Below are positions 27,127 to 35,898 of a stretch of 64,000 bases of DNA, piece after piece (the first letter of the stretch is position 1; each line of letters begins with the position of its first letter). Both the position numbers and the translations under genes were made by a program. The DNA is taken from positions 109,781 through 173,780 of the forward strand of contig JAHITT010000001.1 of the NCBI GenBank assembly GCA_018817715.1, given 5' to 3'. Origin of the DNA: Patescibacteria group bacterium. Its GTDB lineage: Bacteria; Patescibacteriota; Patescibacteriia; Veblenbacterales; UBA10138. The notes beneath the pieces are model-generated. The model was not told the origin of the DNA and made no database searches. It saw nothing but the letters and a program-made list of their open reading frames with translations.

Positions 27127-29847
27127 CTAAATACTGCTAACCGATGATGGCACGGATAATTTTTTACTTTTGAAAAAAATAAATTTAACTACTTCCAAAA
27201 CCGCTATCAAAAATAAAGTAAAAAATAACACTATTGACCAATGCTCTAAGGTTAAAGGAACGGTATAAAAAACTTTTTGTAAAGGTGTCCAATAAACAAC
27301 CAACAACTGTAAGCCTAAACTTAATAAAACAGCTCCGACTAAAGATCTGTTATTCCAATTGCTTTTATGCCACAAAGGCACACCAAACTGTTTTAAGCTA
27401 AAGGCATAAAGCGGCGTGGAAACCGCCATTAAACTAAAAATAATAGTCCGCACAGTATCCTCCGACATCAACCAACCTGTTAAAACCATAAAAATAACTA
27501 AAGCTCCTAAACCTTTCAAAAGGCTAATACCGGCAATAACTAACCGATCTTTTAAATCTAAAATCGGCTGCTGACGAGAGATGGGTGGCTGTTCCATAAT
27601 TTCCGGCCGACCTGGATCGCTGGCCAAAGCTAAAGCGGGAAAAGTATCAGCTACTAAATTTATCCACAAAATTTGTGTAGCCAACAAAGGCAACCAGACC
27701 GGACCACCCCTAACCAAACTCCATAATAAAGCGCCAACTATTAAAACCACCTCAGCAAAACTATCTGACATTAAATATAATAAAACTTTACGAATATTAT
27801 TATAAATCGTCCGGCCTTCTTCCACCGCCGCCACGATAGTAGAAATATCATTGTTCAGCAATACCATATCGCTGGCTTCACGGGCTACATCCGTTCCCGC
27901 ACCAAAAGATATGCCAATATCGGCCGCTTGCAAAGCCGGCGCATCATTAACACCATCGCCAGTCATGGCTACTACTTCGCCTTGACCTTGTAAAGCCCTA
28001 ACTATATTTAATTTATCCTGAGGGGTAGCCCGAGCAATCACAGAAATTTCTTTTAAACTAATCGCTAAATCTTCCGCCGTCAAATCAGCTAATTCATAAC
28101 CATCTAAAATATTATTAGACTCAGCTTTAAGACCAGCCTGAATGGCAATGGCTTGGGCTGTAAGTTTATGATCACCAGTTATCATTATAATTCTTAAACC
28201 CGCCCGCTTGGCTTTAAGCAAAGTGTCACCTACTCCAACGCGCAATGGATCATTTAACACGGCCAAACCCAATAAAGTTAGATTGCTAAGATTATCTTCC
28301 GTAAGAATAAACTTTTTAGCCACCACGGTTTTTAGAGTCCGTTTGGTTAAAGCTAATAAGCGATAACCTTGTCCACTCATCTTAGCTATTAAATCCACAA
28401 AAGCCTGCTTTTTAGCCTGATCTAATTTTACAATTCCAGAAGTTATTTCCAAATCCACACACCTTTCCAATAATCTTTCTGGCGCTCCTTTAACGTACAA
28501 AATAACTTCTTTATCTTTTTTATGTAAAGAAGCCATCAATTTCCTTTCGGAATTAAAAGGCAAAACCTTAATTTGTGGCTGACTAGCTCGGCTTTGTTCT
28601 ATTAAAATACCCTGCTCTTCAGCCGCTAAATAAAGAGCTCTTTCTGTTGGACTACCCACGACAAAATACTCACCACTTTGAGTTTTATACTCTTTATAGG
28701 CATCAGAAACCATTACACCAGCTAACAATAAATTTTGAGCCGTAATATTTTCCGACAAGGGCTGAACTTCTGGCCAGCCTTCCAAATTCGGCAAAACTAA
28801 TTGACTTACCTTCATTTGGCCGGCCGTCAGGGTGCCTGTTTTATCAGCACAGATTACCGTAGTGGAACCTAATGTTTCAGCCGCCACTAATTTACGAACC
28901 AAAGATTGACGCTTTAAAATCCGACGCATACCCAAGGCTAAAATAGCGGTTACCAAAACCACCAAACCTTCTGGTACGGCTGACACGGCAATAGCCACAG
29001 CCAAAGTAAACATCTGCTGAAAACTATAAGAAAAACTTAATCCTAATAACAAAATCCCCAAACAAACAAACATGACTATTAAACCAATATACTTGGCTAA
29101 GCGCGCCAGTTTAACTTGCAAAGGAGTATCAGTTTCTTTAACTGCCAAAAGAAGTTGGGCAATATTACCCAATTGGGTATGATAACCAGTCGCTACCACC
29201 ACCGCTAAAGCGCGACCACGAGTTATAGTACTGCCCTGATAAACCATATTAAACCTTTCAGCCATCACTGTAGTAGCGGTTAATTTTCCTATTTTCTTTT
29301 TGATGGGCTCGGATTCACCAGTCAAAGCCGCTTCATTAGCTTCTAATTCTGTGGCCTGCAATAATCTGGCGTCGGCCGGCACTTTATCGCCCGGCTGTAA
29401 ATAAATAATATCTCCTGGTACCAAATCTTTAACTAATACCGCTGTATTACGACCGTCTCTTTTTAAACGAGCATAATCCTCCACGTAATTTTGTAATTCC
29501 TTAAGAGCATTAGCGGCTTTATATTCCTGTACAAAACCTACTGCTGCGTTAATAGCTACTGCTACCAAAATAACAAAACCATCTAACCAATCCTGCAAAG
29601 CCAAAGTAACCACCGCTGCCACTAATAAAATAATGACCAAAGCACTTTTAAATTGATTAAAAAACAAACTAAGTGCCCCAGGTTGCCGACGTTCTGGTAA
29701 AGAATTGGGGCCAACCCTAACCAAACGCACCAAAACCGATTGTTCTGACAAACCCTTTAACGAGCTTTTAAGTTCCTTTAAAATCTCACTAGCCGACAAA
29801 GCGTGCCAAGCTTTCGGCACGACTTTTAAATCTTCTAAACTGGGCAT
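27127..29847 (-). CDS. P-type cation-transporting ATPase (type II, Ca2+-like)
   Basis: TGES, PEGL, DKTGTLT, KGAPE, TGD, TGDGVNDAPAL. Confidence 0.95.
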   Translation of the reverse strand: MPSLEDLKVVPKAWHALSASEILKELKSSLKGLSEQSVLVRLVRVGPNSLPERRQPGALSLFFNQFKSALVIILLVAAVVTLALQDWLDGFVILVAVAINAAVGFVQEYKAANALKELQNYVEDYARLKRDGRNTAVLVKDLVPGDIIYLQPGDKVPADARLLQATELEANEAALTGESEPIKKKIGKLTATTVMAERFNMVYQGSTITRGRALAVVVATGYHTQLGNIAQLLLAVKETDTPLQVKLARLAKYIGLIVMFVCLGILLLGLSFSYSFQQMFTLAVAIAVSAVPEGLVVLVTAILALGMRRILKRQSLVRKLVAAETLGSTTVICADKTGTLTAGQMKVSQLVLPNLEGWPEVQPLSENITAQNLLLAGVMVSDAYKEYKTQSGEYFVVGSPTERALYLAAEEQGILIEQSRASQPQIKVLPFNSERKLMASLHKKDKEVILYVKGAPERLLERCVDLEITSGIVKLDQAKKQAFVDLIAKMSGQGYRLLALTKRTLKTVVAKKFILTEDNLSNLTLLGLAVLNDPLRVGVGDTLLKAKRAGLRIIMITGDHKLTAQAIAIQAGLKAESNNILDGYELADLTAEDLAISLKEISVIARATPQDKLNIVRALQGQGEVVAMTGDGVNDAPALQAADIGISFGAGTDVAREASDMVLLNNDISTIVAAVEEGRTIYNNIRKVLLYLMSDSFAEVVLIVGALLWSLVRGGPVWLPLLATQILWINLVADTFPALALASDPGRPEIMEQPPISRQQPILDLKDRLVIAGISLLKGLGALVIFMVLTGWLMSEDTVRTIIFSLMAVSTPLYAFSLKQFGVPLWHKSNWNNRSLVGAVLLSLGLQLLVVYWTPLQKVFYTVPLTLEHWSIVLFFTLFLIAVLEVVKFIFFKSKKLSVPSSVSSI

Positions 29848-29856
29848 AAAAACTTC

Positions 29857-30009
29857 TTAATTACCTATTTTATTAAAATGATTAAAATTAAATTTCTTTT
29901 TAACATTTCCTTTATGTCTTTTTACCTGCTCTGCCTGTTGCACCTTAAAACGAGACGGCGTTCGGTAACGCGTCATAGGCTTATTGCTTTTGCTGGAATA
30001 ATTACGCAT
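29857..30009 (-). CDS. candidate 50-aa basic microprotein
   Basis: MRNYSSKSNKPMTRYRTPSRFKVQQAEQVKRHKGNVKKKFNFNHFNKIGN; TGnTATATT 8 nt upstream; ends 9 nt before the ATPase start. Confidence 0.5.
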   Translation of the reverse strand: MRNYSSKSNKPMTRYRTPSRFKVQQAEQVKRHKGNVKKKFNFNHFNKIGN

Positions 30010-30075
30010 ACTATAATAATATAACACATCTTATAGTATTAAACTTACTTTTGTTTGTTTCAATAAGCTACTTTT

Positions 30076-31035
30076 ATGACTTGGTCAATTATTTTTTTAA
30101 TAATCGGTTTCGTCCTACTAATTAAAGGAGCTGATTTGCTGGTCGATGGCGCTTCTTCTTTAGCTAAACGACTTAAAATCCCAGCCTTAGTAATTGGTCT
30201 AACTATCGTGGCTTTCGGCACTTCCATGCCGGAACTTATTGTTAATTTATTAGCCAGCTTACGTGGCAATACAGATATTGCCATTGGCAACGTACTAGGT
30301 AGTAATATTTCTAACATCTTATTAATTATCGGCATAGCTTCTTTAATTTACCCTTTAGCTATTAAAACCAGTACAGTTTGGAAAGAAATCCCTTTAGCTC
30401 TTTTGGCCGTAGCTGCTTTAGGTATCCTAGCCAACGACAAATTAATAAATAAAGCTTCCATTAATATTATTGATGTATCTGATGGAATTATTTTAGGTTT
30501 ATTCTTTCTGATTTTTTTGTACTATGTTTTTGAAATTAGTCGCAATAAAACAAGCCCAGATGAGGTTGCTATAAAACAACTACCTATTAGCAAATCAATC
30601 GCCCTGGTAATAATCGGTATTATTGGTTTAAGCTTAGGTGGCAATTGGGTAGTTGATAGCGCCGTCGCCCTAGCTAAAAATTGGGGCATAAGCGAATCCT
30701 TAATCGGTTTAACCATTGTAGCCATTGGTACCAGCCTGCCTGAACTTTTTACCTCAGTCGTGGCTGCTTGGAAAAAGAATCCTGATATTGCCATTGGTAA
30801 CGTGGTTGGTAGTAATATTTTTAACATTTTGTGGATTGTCAGTGTTAGTGCCATAGTTAAACCCTTACCTTTTAACACCAGTTCTAATATAGATTTGGGC
30901 GTTACCATGCTCGCCACAATTTTGCTTTTTCTTTTTACCTTTATTGGACAAAAAAGAATTATTGAACGTTGGCAAGGCGCTTTATTCGTAATAAGTTATA
31001 TAGTTTATATTGTTTACTTAGTAATAAAAGGTTAA
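30076..31035 (+). CDS. calcium/sodium antiporter (YrbG/CaCA family)
   Basis: Two alpha repeats, GTSMPE..GNVLGSN and GTSLPE..GNVVGSN. Confidence 0.95.
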   Translation: MTWSIIFLIIGFVLLIKGADLLVDGASSLAKRLKIPALVIGLTIVAFGTSMPELIVNLLASLRGNTDIAIGNVLGSNISNILLIIGIASLIYPLAIKTSTVWKEIPLALLAVAALGILANDKLINKASINIIDVSDGIILGLFFLIFLYYVFEISRNKTSPDEVAIKQLPISKSIALVIIGIIGLSLGGNWVVDSAVALAKNWGISESLIGLTIVAIGTSLPELFTSVVAAWKKNPDIAIGNVVGSNIFNILWIVSVSAIVKPLPFNTSSNIDLGVTMLATILLFLFTFIGQKRIIERWQGALFVISYIVYIVYLVIKG

Positions 31036-31042
31036 TAATCCC

Positions 31043-31071
31043 TTGATTATCTAAGAAGGTTCTGCTAAGAT
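31043..31071 (+). promoter_or_regulatory. sigma70 promoter for tRNA-Lys
   Basis: TTGATT-17-TAAGAT with extended TG. Confidence 0.6.
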
Positions 31072-31104
31072 ACGAAACGCACTTTAGTAACAGATTATAA
31101 ATAG

Positions 31105-31180
31105 GGGTCCATAGCTCAGCTGGTAGAGCAGCGGCCTTTTAAGCCGCGTGTCGTGGGTTCGAGCCCCACTGGACCCACCA
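31105..31180 (+). tRNA. tRNA-Lys (TTT)
   Basis: GGGTCCA acceptor stem, GCGGC-CTTTTAA-GCCGC, GGTTCGAGCCC, CCA. Confidence 0.97.
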
Positions 31181-31380
31181 TCCCGTCTGACGGGATTTAT
31201 TCGGTCTTACAACTCCATTCAATAGAATGGAGTTTTTGATTATATGGGGATCGAAGGGTACGGATAAAAAGTGAACTGCTTCACTTTTTAGATGACCCCA
31301 GCTCTTTTTGGGAAAAATCGAGCCTTCTTCAAAGGAGAGTGCGAAATTTTGGGAAAAGAGGAGCCCCACTGGACCCACCA
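31181..31380 (+). mobile_element. structured mini-element downstream of tRNA-Lys, ending in a 20-bp duplicate of the tRNA 3' end
   Basis: 31361-31380 is identical to 31161-31180 (GAGCCCCACTGGACCCACCA); terminator-like hairpin 31211-31237, then TGGGGATCGAAGGGTACGG and nested stems. Mobility is inferred. Confidence 0.65.
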
Positions 31381-31445
31381 ATACAAAACTGGCCGGGGAA
31401 AATTTTTAAAACCAATTCGTGGGTGGCTCGCGGAACCATTTTTTC

Positions 31446-32060
31446 TTACTCTCTGTCAGTAAACACTATGAGCCGACCGGAACTAGTTTTCTCCGCCTTA
31501 TTCCAAACTCCCGTGCAAGTAATTAGATTAAGATGCGCTTTTCCGTCGCTTGAGTCAAACACATCAGAAGCATCCTCATTTTTGTCATATATCTGAATTT
31601 CGCGGACAACAAAAATAATATTCACCCCTTTTTCATCTTCAACAGATATTTTGTCACCTTTGCGTAGTTTATATAAATTATCAAATACCGCCGGCAGGTC
31701 ATTCTTCCAGCTGTAATGCCCGGCAATAACGGAACTACCACTCTGCCCGGGACGCGGCCCAAGATTAAACCATGCTACTTTAACAGGGTCTTTTGGTACG
31801 TCCATTGCTCCGTCGGATGTAAGACCCACATACTCAATTGGAGCATCAACATTTATACTTGGAATTTTGAGACGCTCTGGTAATCCAACGTTTGCTTGTT
31901 CTAAGTTTGGAATAGTGACGACATTTTCAACAAGCATTGCCGAGCCATTTTGAGTTGAGCTTTTAGGTAAAAAATACAAAAGAAATACGATAAAAAGAGT
32001 TAATCCTGAAAGGATAACTATTGATAATAATGTTCGTTTTGATAAAATTTTTAATTGCAT
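31446..32060 (-). CDS. class F-like sortase
   Basis: TM anchor, PERLKIPSINVDA, PGQSGSSVIAGH, LNLITC, GRL (H-C-R triad); start moved to MQLKIL, downstream of the hairpin. Confidence 0.92.
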   Translation of the reverse strand: MQLKILSKRTLLSIVILSGLTLFIVFLLYFLPKSSTQNGSAMLVENVVTIPNLEQANVGLPERLKIPSINVDAPIEYVGLTSDGAMDVPKDPVKVAWFNLGPRPGQSGSSVIAGHYSWKNDLPAVFDNLYKLRKGDKISVEDEKGVNIIFVVREIQIYDKNEDASDVFDSSDGKAHLNLITCTGVWNKAEKTSSGRLIVFTDRE

Positions 32061-32086
32061 AAATTTTACAAAAGGTTCATGACCAC

Positions 32087-32116
32087 AAATGCCAGACAAA
32101 AATTTGTCTGGCATTT
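32087..32116. terminator. 14-bp perfect hairpin between ice-binding gene and sortase
   Basis: AAATGCCAGACAAA-AA-TTTGTCTGGCATTT. Confidence 0.65.
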
Positions 32117-32143
32117 GCTCATTAGTTTTTCTCAATGCTTAGA

Positions 32144-33199
32144 CTAAACCGTTTGTTTTCTTCGAACAAAGTAGAAAAAAATTGAGACCGCAAAGACGCC
32201 CGCCAGGATGACGATATTCCAGGGAGTACCTTTCTCGTCAAAACCAATTCCCGTATTTGGTAGTTTTGGAGAGACTACTAGAAGTGGAGGTGTAGGAGTT
32301 ATTGTGGGTGTTGGAGTTGGTGTAGGAGTTATTGTGGGTGTTGGAGTTGGTGTAGGAGTTATTGTGGGTGTTGGAGTTGGTGTAGGAGTTATTGTGGGTG
32401 TTGGAGTTGGTGTAGGAGTTATTGTGGGTGTTGGAGTTGAAACAGTAGGAATCGAAACAATATCAGCATCAAGAGTGACTGCGGTTTGAGCAAGAGCTCT
32501 ACCATTTAGTGTTGCACCAGTGTTTAACACAATTGCTGTTTGATCCAATATATTTCCACTAAAGTTAGAGCCTGTTCCGAGTGTAGTTTGGCCTGCAACC
32601 TGCCAGAATATATTAGAAGCCTGTGCACCACCACTAAGGACAACTTTCACAGAGGAGCTTACAGTAAGAGTTTGTGCTATCTGGAAAATCCAAACATCAT
32701 TTGCGCCACCAGAAAGAGTAACGTCTGTTGGTATTGTTACACCAGTGCTCCATTTATAAAGTCCTGGAGCAAGGGTCATTCCCCCAATGTTTCCTGCTCC
32801 TAATTCAGTAGCCGTCGGATTTATTCTTCCAGCAGCATCTGTATAGGCAGTTTCCATATCATTTATAGCTGTAACCATTTTAGCAGGTGTAGGAGACATA
32901 TAATCAGCAGCATATGCTTTTCCGGTCACTAGAGCTGACGTCGAAAATGTATTCGAAGCATCTATTGTTAACCCAAAACCAGTCATAGCAGTTGCGCTGA
33001 TTGGACTTACCCCAATATCTCCAGTAATTGAGGTGGCTCCAGTGGTTGAAATTCCTGATTTTGTCAAAATAACAAAATCACCCGCTGATCCAAGATTTAC
33101 TGTGGCTGGACCAGCCGCGAATACAGTAATTGCTGAAGTGATAAACATTAAGAAAACAACCAACGTAGTTATTATTGAATTTTTATTAATTTTTTTCAT
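32144..33199 (-). CDS. DUF3494 ice-binding-like protein with PT-rich stalk and LPNTG sorting signal
   Basis: Signal peptide; VNLGSAGDFVILTKSGIS, ITGDIGVSP, LAPGLYKW, VWIFQI, GAQASNIFWQVAG, GRALAQTAVTL; LPNTG + TM + RRK tail. Confidence 0.92.
   Translation of the reverse strand: MKKINKNSIITTLVVFLMFITSAITVFAAGPATVNLGSAGDFVILTKSGISTTGATSITGDIGVSPISATAMTGFGLTIDASNTFSTSALVTGKAYAADYMSPTPAKMVTAINDMETAYTDAAGRINPTATELGAGNIGGMTLAPGLYKWSTGVTIPTDVTLSGGANDVWIFQIAQTLTVSSSVKVVLSGGAQASNIFWQVAGQTTLGTGSNFSGNILDQTAIVLNTGATLNGRALAQTAVTLDADIVSIPTVSTPTPTITPTPTPTPTITPTPTPTPTITPTPTPTPTITPTPTPTPTITPTPPLLVVSPKLPNTGIGFDEKGTPWNIVILAGVFAVSIFFYFVRRKQTV
32291..32439. repeat. 5 x 30-bp perfect coding tandem repeat (TPTPTITPTP)
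   Basis: Unit TGTAGGAGTTATTGTGGGTGTTGGAGTTGG. Confidence 0.95.
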
Positions 33200-33282
33200 A
33201 AATTTTTATAAATGATTATTTTTGATTATTAAGACCTTTCTCGTAACTTACTTATCTTGTGATAGTATTAAACACTTGTTTT

Positions 33283-33477
33283 TTAGATGAAGTCATCGAC
33301 CTTTACATTAAGCGCTTTCGCTATTTTCTTGAGTGTATCGAGTGTTGGGTTCTGGTTCCTGCCGGTTTCAATTTTTACAATCGTATTAAGGGCGACATCG
33401 GCCAATCGCGCTAATTTTTCTTGAGATAACCCTTTGACTTCTCTTAACTTTCTTAACTTTTTAGCGATATTTGACAT
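33283..33477 (-). CDS. XRE-family helix-turn-helix regulator
   Basis: LRKLREVKGLSQEKLARLADV..TIVKIETG..NPTLDTLKKIAKAL. Confidence 0.93.
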   Translation of the reverse strand: MSNIAKKLRKLREVKGLSQEKLARLADVALNTIVKIETGRNQNPTLDTLKKIAKALNVKVDDFI

Positions 33478-33506
33478 AATGCTATTTATAATTAGTGGAT
33501 AAAATA

Positions 33507-33563
33507 TTAACTGTACTACAGTTAAACTATCTTAATACTACACCTATGGTTAAATACTGTCAA
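33507..33563 (-). promoter_or_regulatory. sigma70 promoter of XRE gene plus palindromic operator candidate
   Basis: TTGACA(33563-33558)-17-TAGTAT(33540-33535); TTAACTGTA-C-TACAGTTAA at 33507-33525. Confidence 0.65.
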
Positions 33564-33771
33564 GTAGTTAATTTTAATACTATCGATAACTTTACTGTAA
33601 GTTTATTAGGTGGCTATACCACGCACAACTCCATATTTTCTTGCGGTGCATTTTGCTTTGTAAAATACAAATCCCATCGGCGCGAAAAGCGAGTGGTAGT
33701 GGGGCGAAGTGTTCGTCCGTTTCAGAAATTTTTGCTAAAATAGGTTTAAGCGTGGTTGTATAAATATACCA

Positions 33772-33811
33772 CAAAAAAATTACAGTACTTTTAAAGTACT
33801 GTAATTTTTTG
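33772..33811. terminator. bidirectional terminator at the cassette/core boundary
   Basis: AAAAAATTACAGTACTT / AAGTACTGTAATTTTTT. Confidence 0.75.
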
Positions 33812-33846
33812 TTGTAGTGACTTACTTTACAAAATTAAACCTCTTA

Positions 33847-34368
33847 CTAATTTCTATCCGGCAAAGCTAATAGCTTTAACAACAATTCCCTAGTTACCTG
33901 CACATCAGCCAAAGCCCGATGAGCAGTTGGTTGGGATATGGAAAAATGCTTGGCTAAATATCCTAAATTATAACTACCAATCATAACTTTAGCTTTAGCC
34001 AAATCTAAAGTATCTAAAACTGGATTACTCAACGGCGGTAAACCTAAATCGCTTAAATGTTTGTTAATAAAAGATAAATCAAACTTGGCATTATGCGCCA
34101 CCAAAGTTGCCCCAGAGGCAAACAACATAAAAGCCGGTATTACCTCTATTAAAGGCTTGCCTTGATTTAAAATCATCTCATTGGTTATACCATGAATGGC
34201 CACAGCCTCGGCTTCCACTCGTCGATTAGGATTAACTATGGTATCAAAAGAATCTACCACCTTATTCTGTTTTAACTTTTCCGCAGCCAACTCAACTATG
34301 GCATGGCCCGCTTTAGGATCCATACCAGTTGTTTCCACATCAAAAATAACATATTCAATATCCGACAT
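33847..34368 (-). CDS. DEDDh 3'-5' exonuclease (DnaQ/PolC exonuclease-like)
   Basis: FDVETTG, VAHNAKFD, DTLDLA, HRALADV. Confidence 0.92.
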   Translation of the reverse strand: MSDIEYVIFDVETTGMDPKAGHAIVELAAEKLKQNKVVDSFDTIVNPNRRVEAEAVAIHGITNEMILNQGKPLIEVIPAFMLFASGATLVAHNAKFDLSFINKHLSDLGLPPLSNPVLDTLDLAKAKVMIGSYNLGYLAKHFSISQPTAHRALADVQVTRELLLKLLALPDRN

Positions 34369-34487
34369 AACTATAAGTATTTTAGCCGACCAGACTAATA
34401 AAAGCCAATAATTAAACTGCTTGTGAACAAATTGTGTATTCAGCACCCTTGCCCCTTAAGACCTTATCTGTGTAAAATAACGCTACT

Positions 34488-35873
34488 ATGAATAAACCAT
34501 CTACAGCTATTCGGGCTGATAAAATGCCGCCACAAAATCTGGAAGCTGAAATATCCACTTTAGGCGCCCTATTATTAGACAAAGATGCTATTGTTAAAAT
34601 AGCTGATATTTTAGAACCTAATGATTTTTATAAAGATGCTCATGGTGATATTTACGAAGCCATGGTGCAACTATATGAAGCCCGCACGCCAATTGATATT
34701 TTGTCTTTATCCAGCCGTTTGCAAGAAAAAGGCAAGCTGGAAAGTATTGGCGGCCACAGCTTCTTGTCCAGCCTAGCGGAAAGCGTTCCCACGGCTAGCC
34801 ATGTAGTACACTACGCCAAAATAGTCCAACGCAAAAGTACTTTGCGACGCATGTTATCAGCCGCTGCCGAAATTACCGGCCTAGGTTACCAAGAAACCGA
34901 TGACATTGAAGACTTACTAGACCAAGCCGAAAGAAAACTTTACGGCATTTCCCAAAAATATTATCGGGAAAATTTTATTCCGATTAAACACGTTCTTAAT
35001 GAAGCTTTTGACCGTATAGATGAATTACACAAAGAATCGGGTAAATTAAGAGGCCTGGCCACCGGCTTTACCGATTTGGATAATATTCTGGCTGGTTTGC
35101 AAAAATCCGACTTGGTTGTTTTAGCCGCCCGACCCAGTGTTGGTAAAACCGCCCTGGCTTTAGATATAGCCCGCCAAATCGCCACCAAACAAAAAATACC
35201 AGTGGGCATTTTTTCTTTAGAAATGTCCAAAGAACAACTAGTTGATCGCCTGTTGTGCTCCGAAGCCAATGTAGATATGTGGCGCATGCGTACTGGCAAA
35301 CTTTCCGAACGAGAAGACGATTTTCCCCGCATTGGCCATGCTATGGGCGTACTATCGGAAGCACCAATTTTTATAGATGATTCAGCTACTGCTAATATAA
35401 TGGAAATAAGAGCCAAAGCCAGACGTTTACAAATGGAACATGGTTTAGGCCTTATTATGGTGGATTACTTACAATTAATGGAAGGACGCTCAGCAGAAAA
35501 TCGCGTGCAAGAAGTGGCCGAAATAACCCGCGGCCTAAAAGCCTTGGCCCGCGAACTTAATGTACCAGTACTAGCTTTGTCGCAGTTATCTCGTGCCGTA
35601 GAAATGAGTAAACCAGCCATACCTAAACTAGCTCACTTAAGAGAATCTGGTTCTATTGAACAGGATGCCGACGTAGTAATGTTTATTTATCGCAAAGCCG
35701 CTGATAAAAACTACCAAACCGAAGATTTACTACCTGAAGAAAAAAATATCGCCGAAATTCACATTGCCAAACATCGTAATGGTCCAACTGGCTTAGTAAA
35801 ATTGTTCTTCAACGAGGCCTATGTTAGTTTTAAAAGTTTAGAAAAAAAATCGACTACTCCCCCTCCTCAATAA
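34488..35873 (+). CDS. dnaB: replicative DNA helicase
   Basis: PPQNLEAE, AARPSVGKT, VDYLQLM, LRESGSIEQDADVV, KHRNGPTG. Confidence 0.98.
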   Translation: MNKPSTAIRADKMPPQNLEAEISTLGALLLDKDAIVKIADILEPNDFYKDAHGDIYEAMVQLYEARTPIDILSLSSRLQEKGKLESIGGHSFLSSLAESVPTASHVVHYAKIVQRKSTLRRMLSAAAEITGLGYQETDDIEDLLDQAERKLYGISQKYYRENFIPIKHVLNEAFDRIDELHKESGKLRGLATGFTDLDNILAGLQKSDLVVLAARPSVGKTALALDIARQIATKQKIPVGIFSLEMSKEQLVDRLLCSEANVDMWRMRTGKLSEREDDFPRIGHAMGVLSEAPIFIDDSATANIMEIRAKARRLQMEHGLGLIMVDYLQLMEGRSAENRVQEVAEITRGLKALARELNVPVLALSQLSRAVEMSKPAIPKLAHLRESGSIEQDADVVMFIYRKAADKNYQTEDLLPEEKNIAEIHIAKHRNGPTGLVKLFFNEAYVSFKSLEKKSTTPPPQ

Positions 35874-35898
35874 AAATTATTAAATAACCATTATAACT

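Noticed and set aside
31139-31596. Track ORFs 31139-31381 and 31339-31596
   Set aside because: They overlap tRNA-Lys, its element, or the sortase antisense; no coding signals.
32291-32439. Possible CRISPR array (30-bp repeats)
   Set aside because: Repeats are contiguous with no spacers, in frame within a CDS, and no cas genes are present.
33495-33774. Short ORFs 33495-33743 (+) and 33592-33774 (-)
   Set aside because: They overlap each other and the promoter/operator motifs; no recognisable domain.
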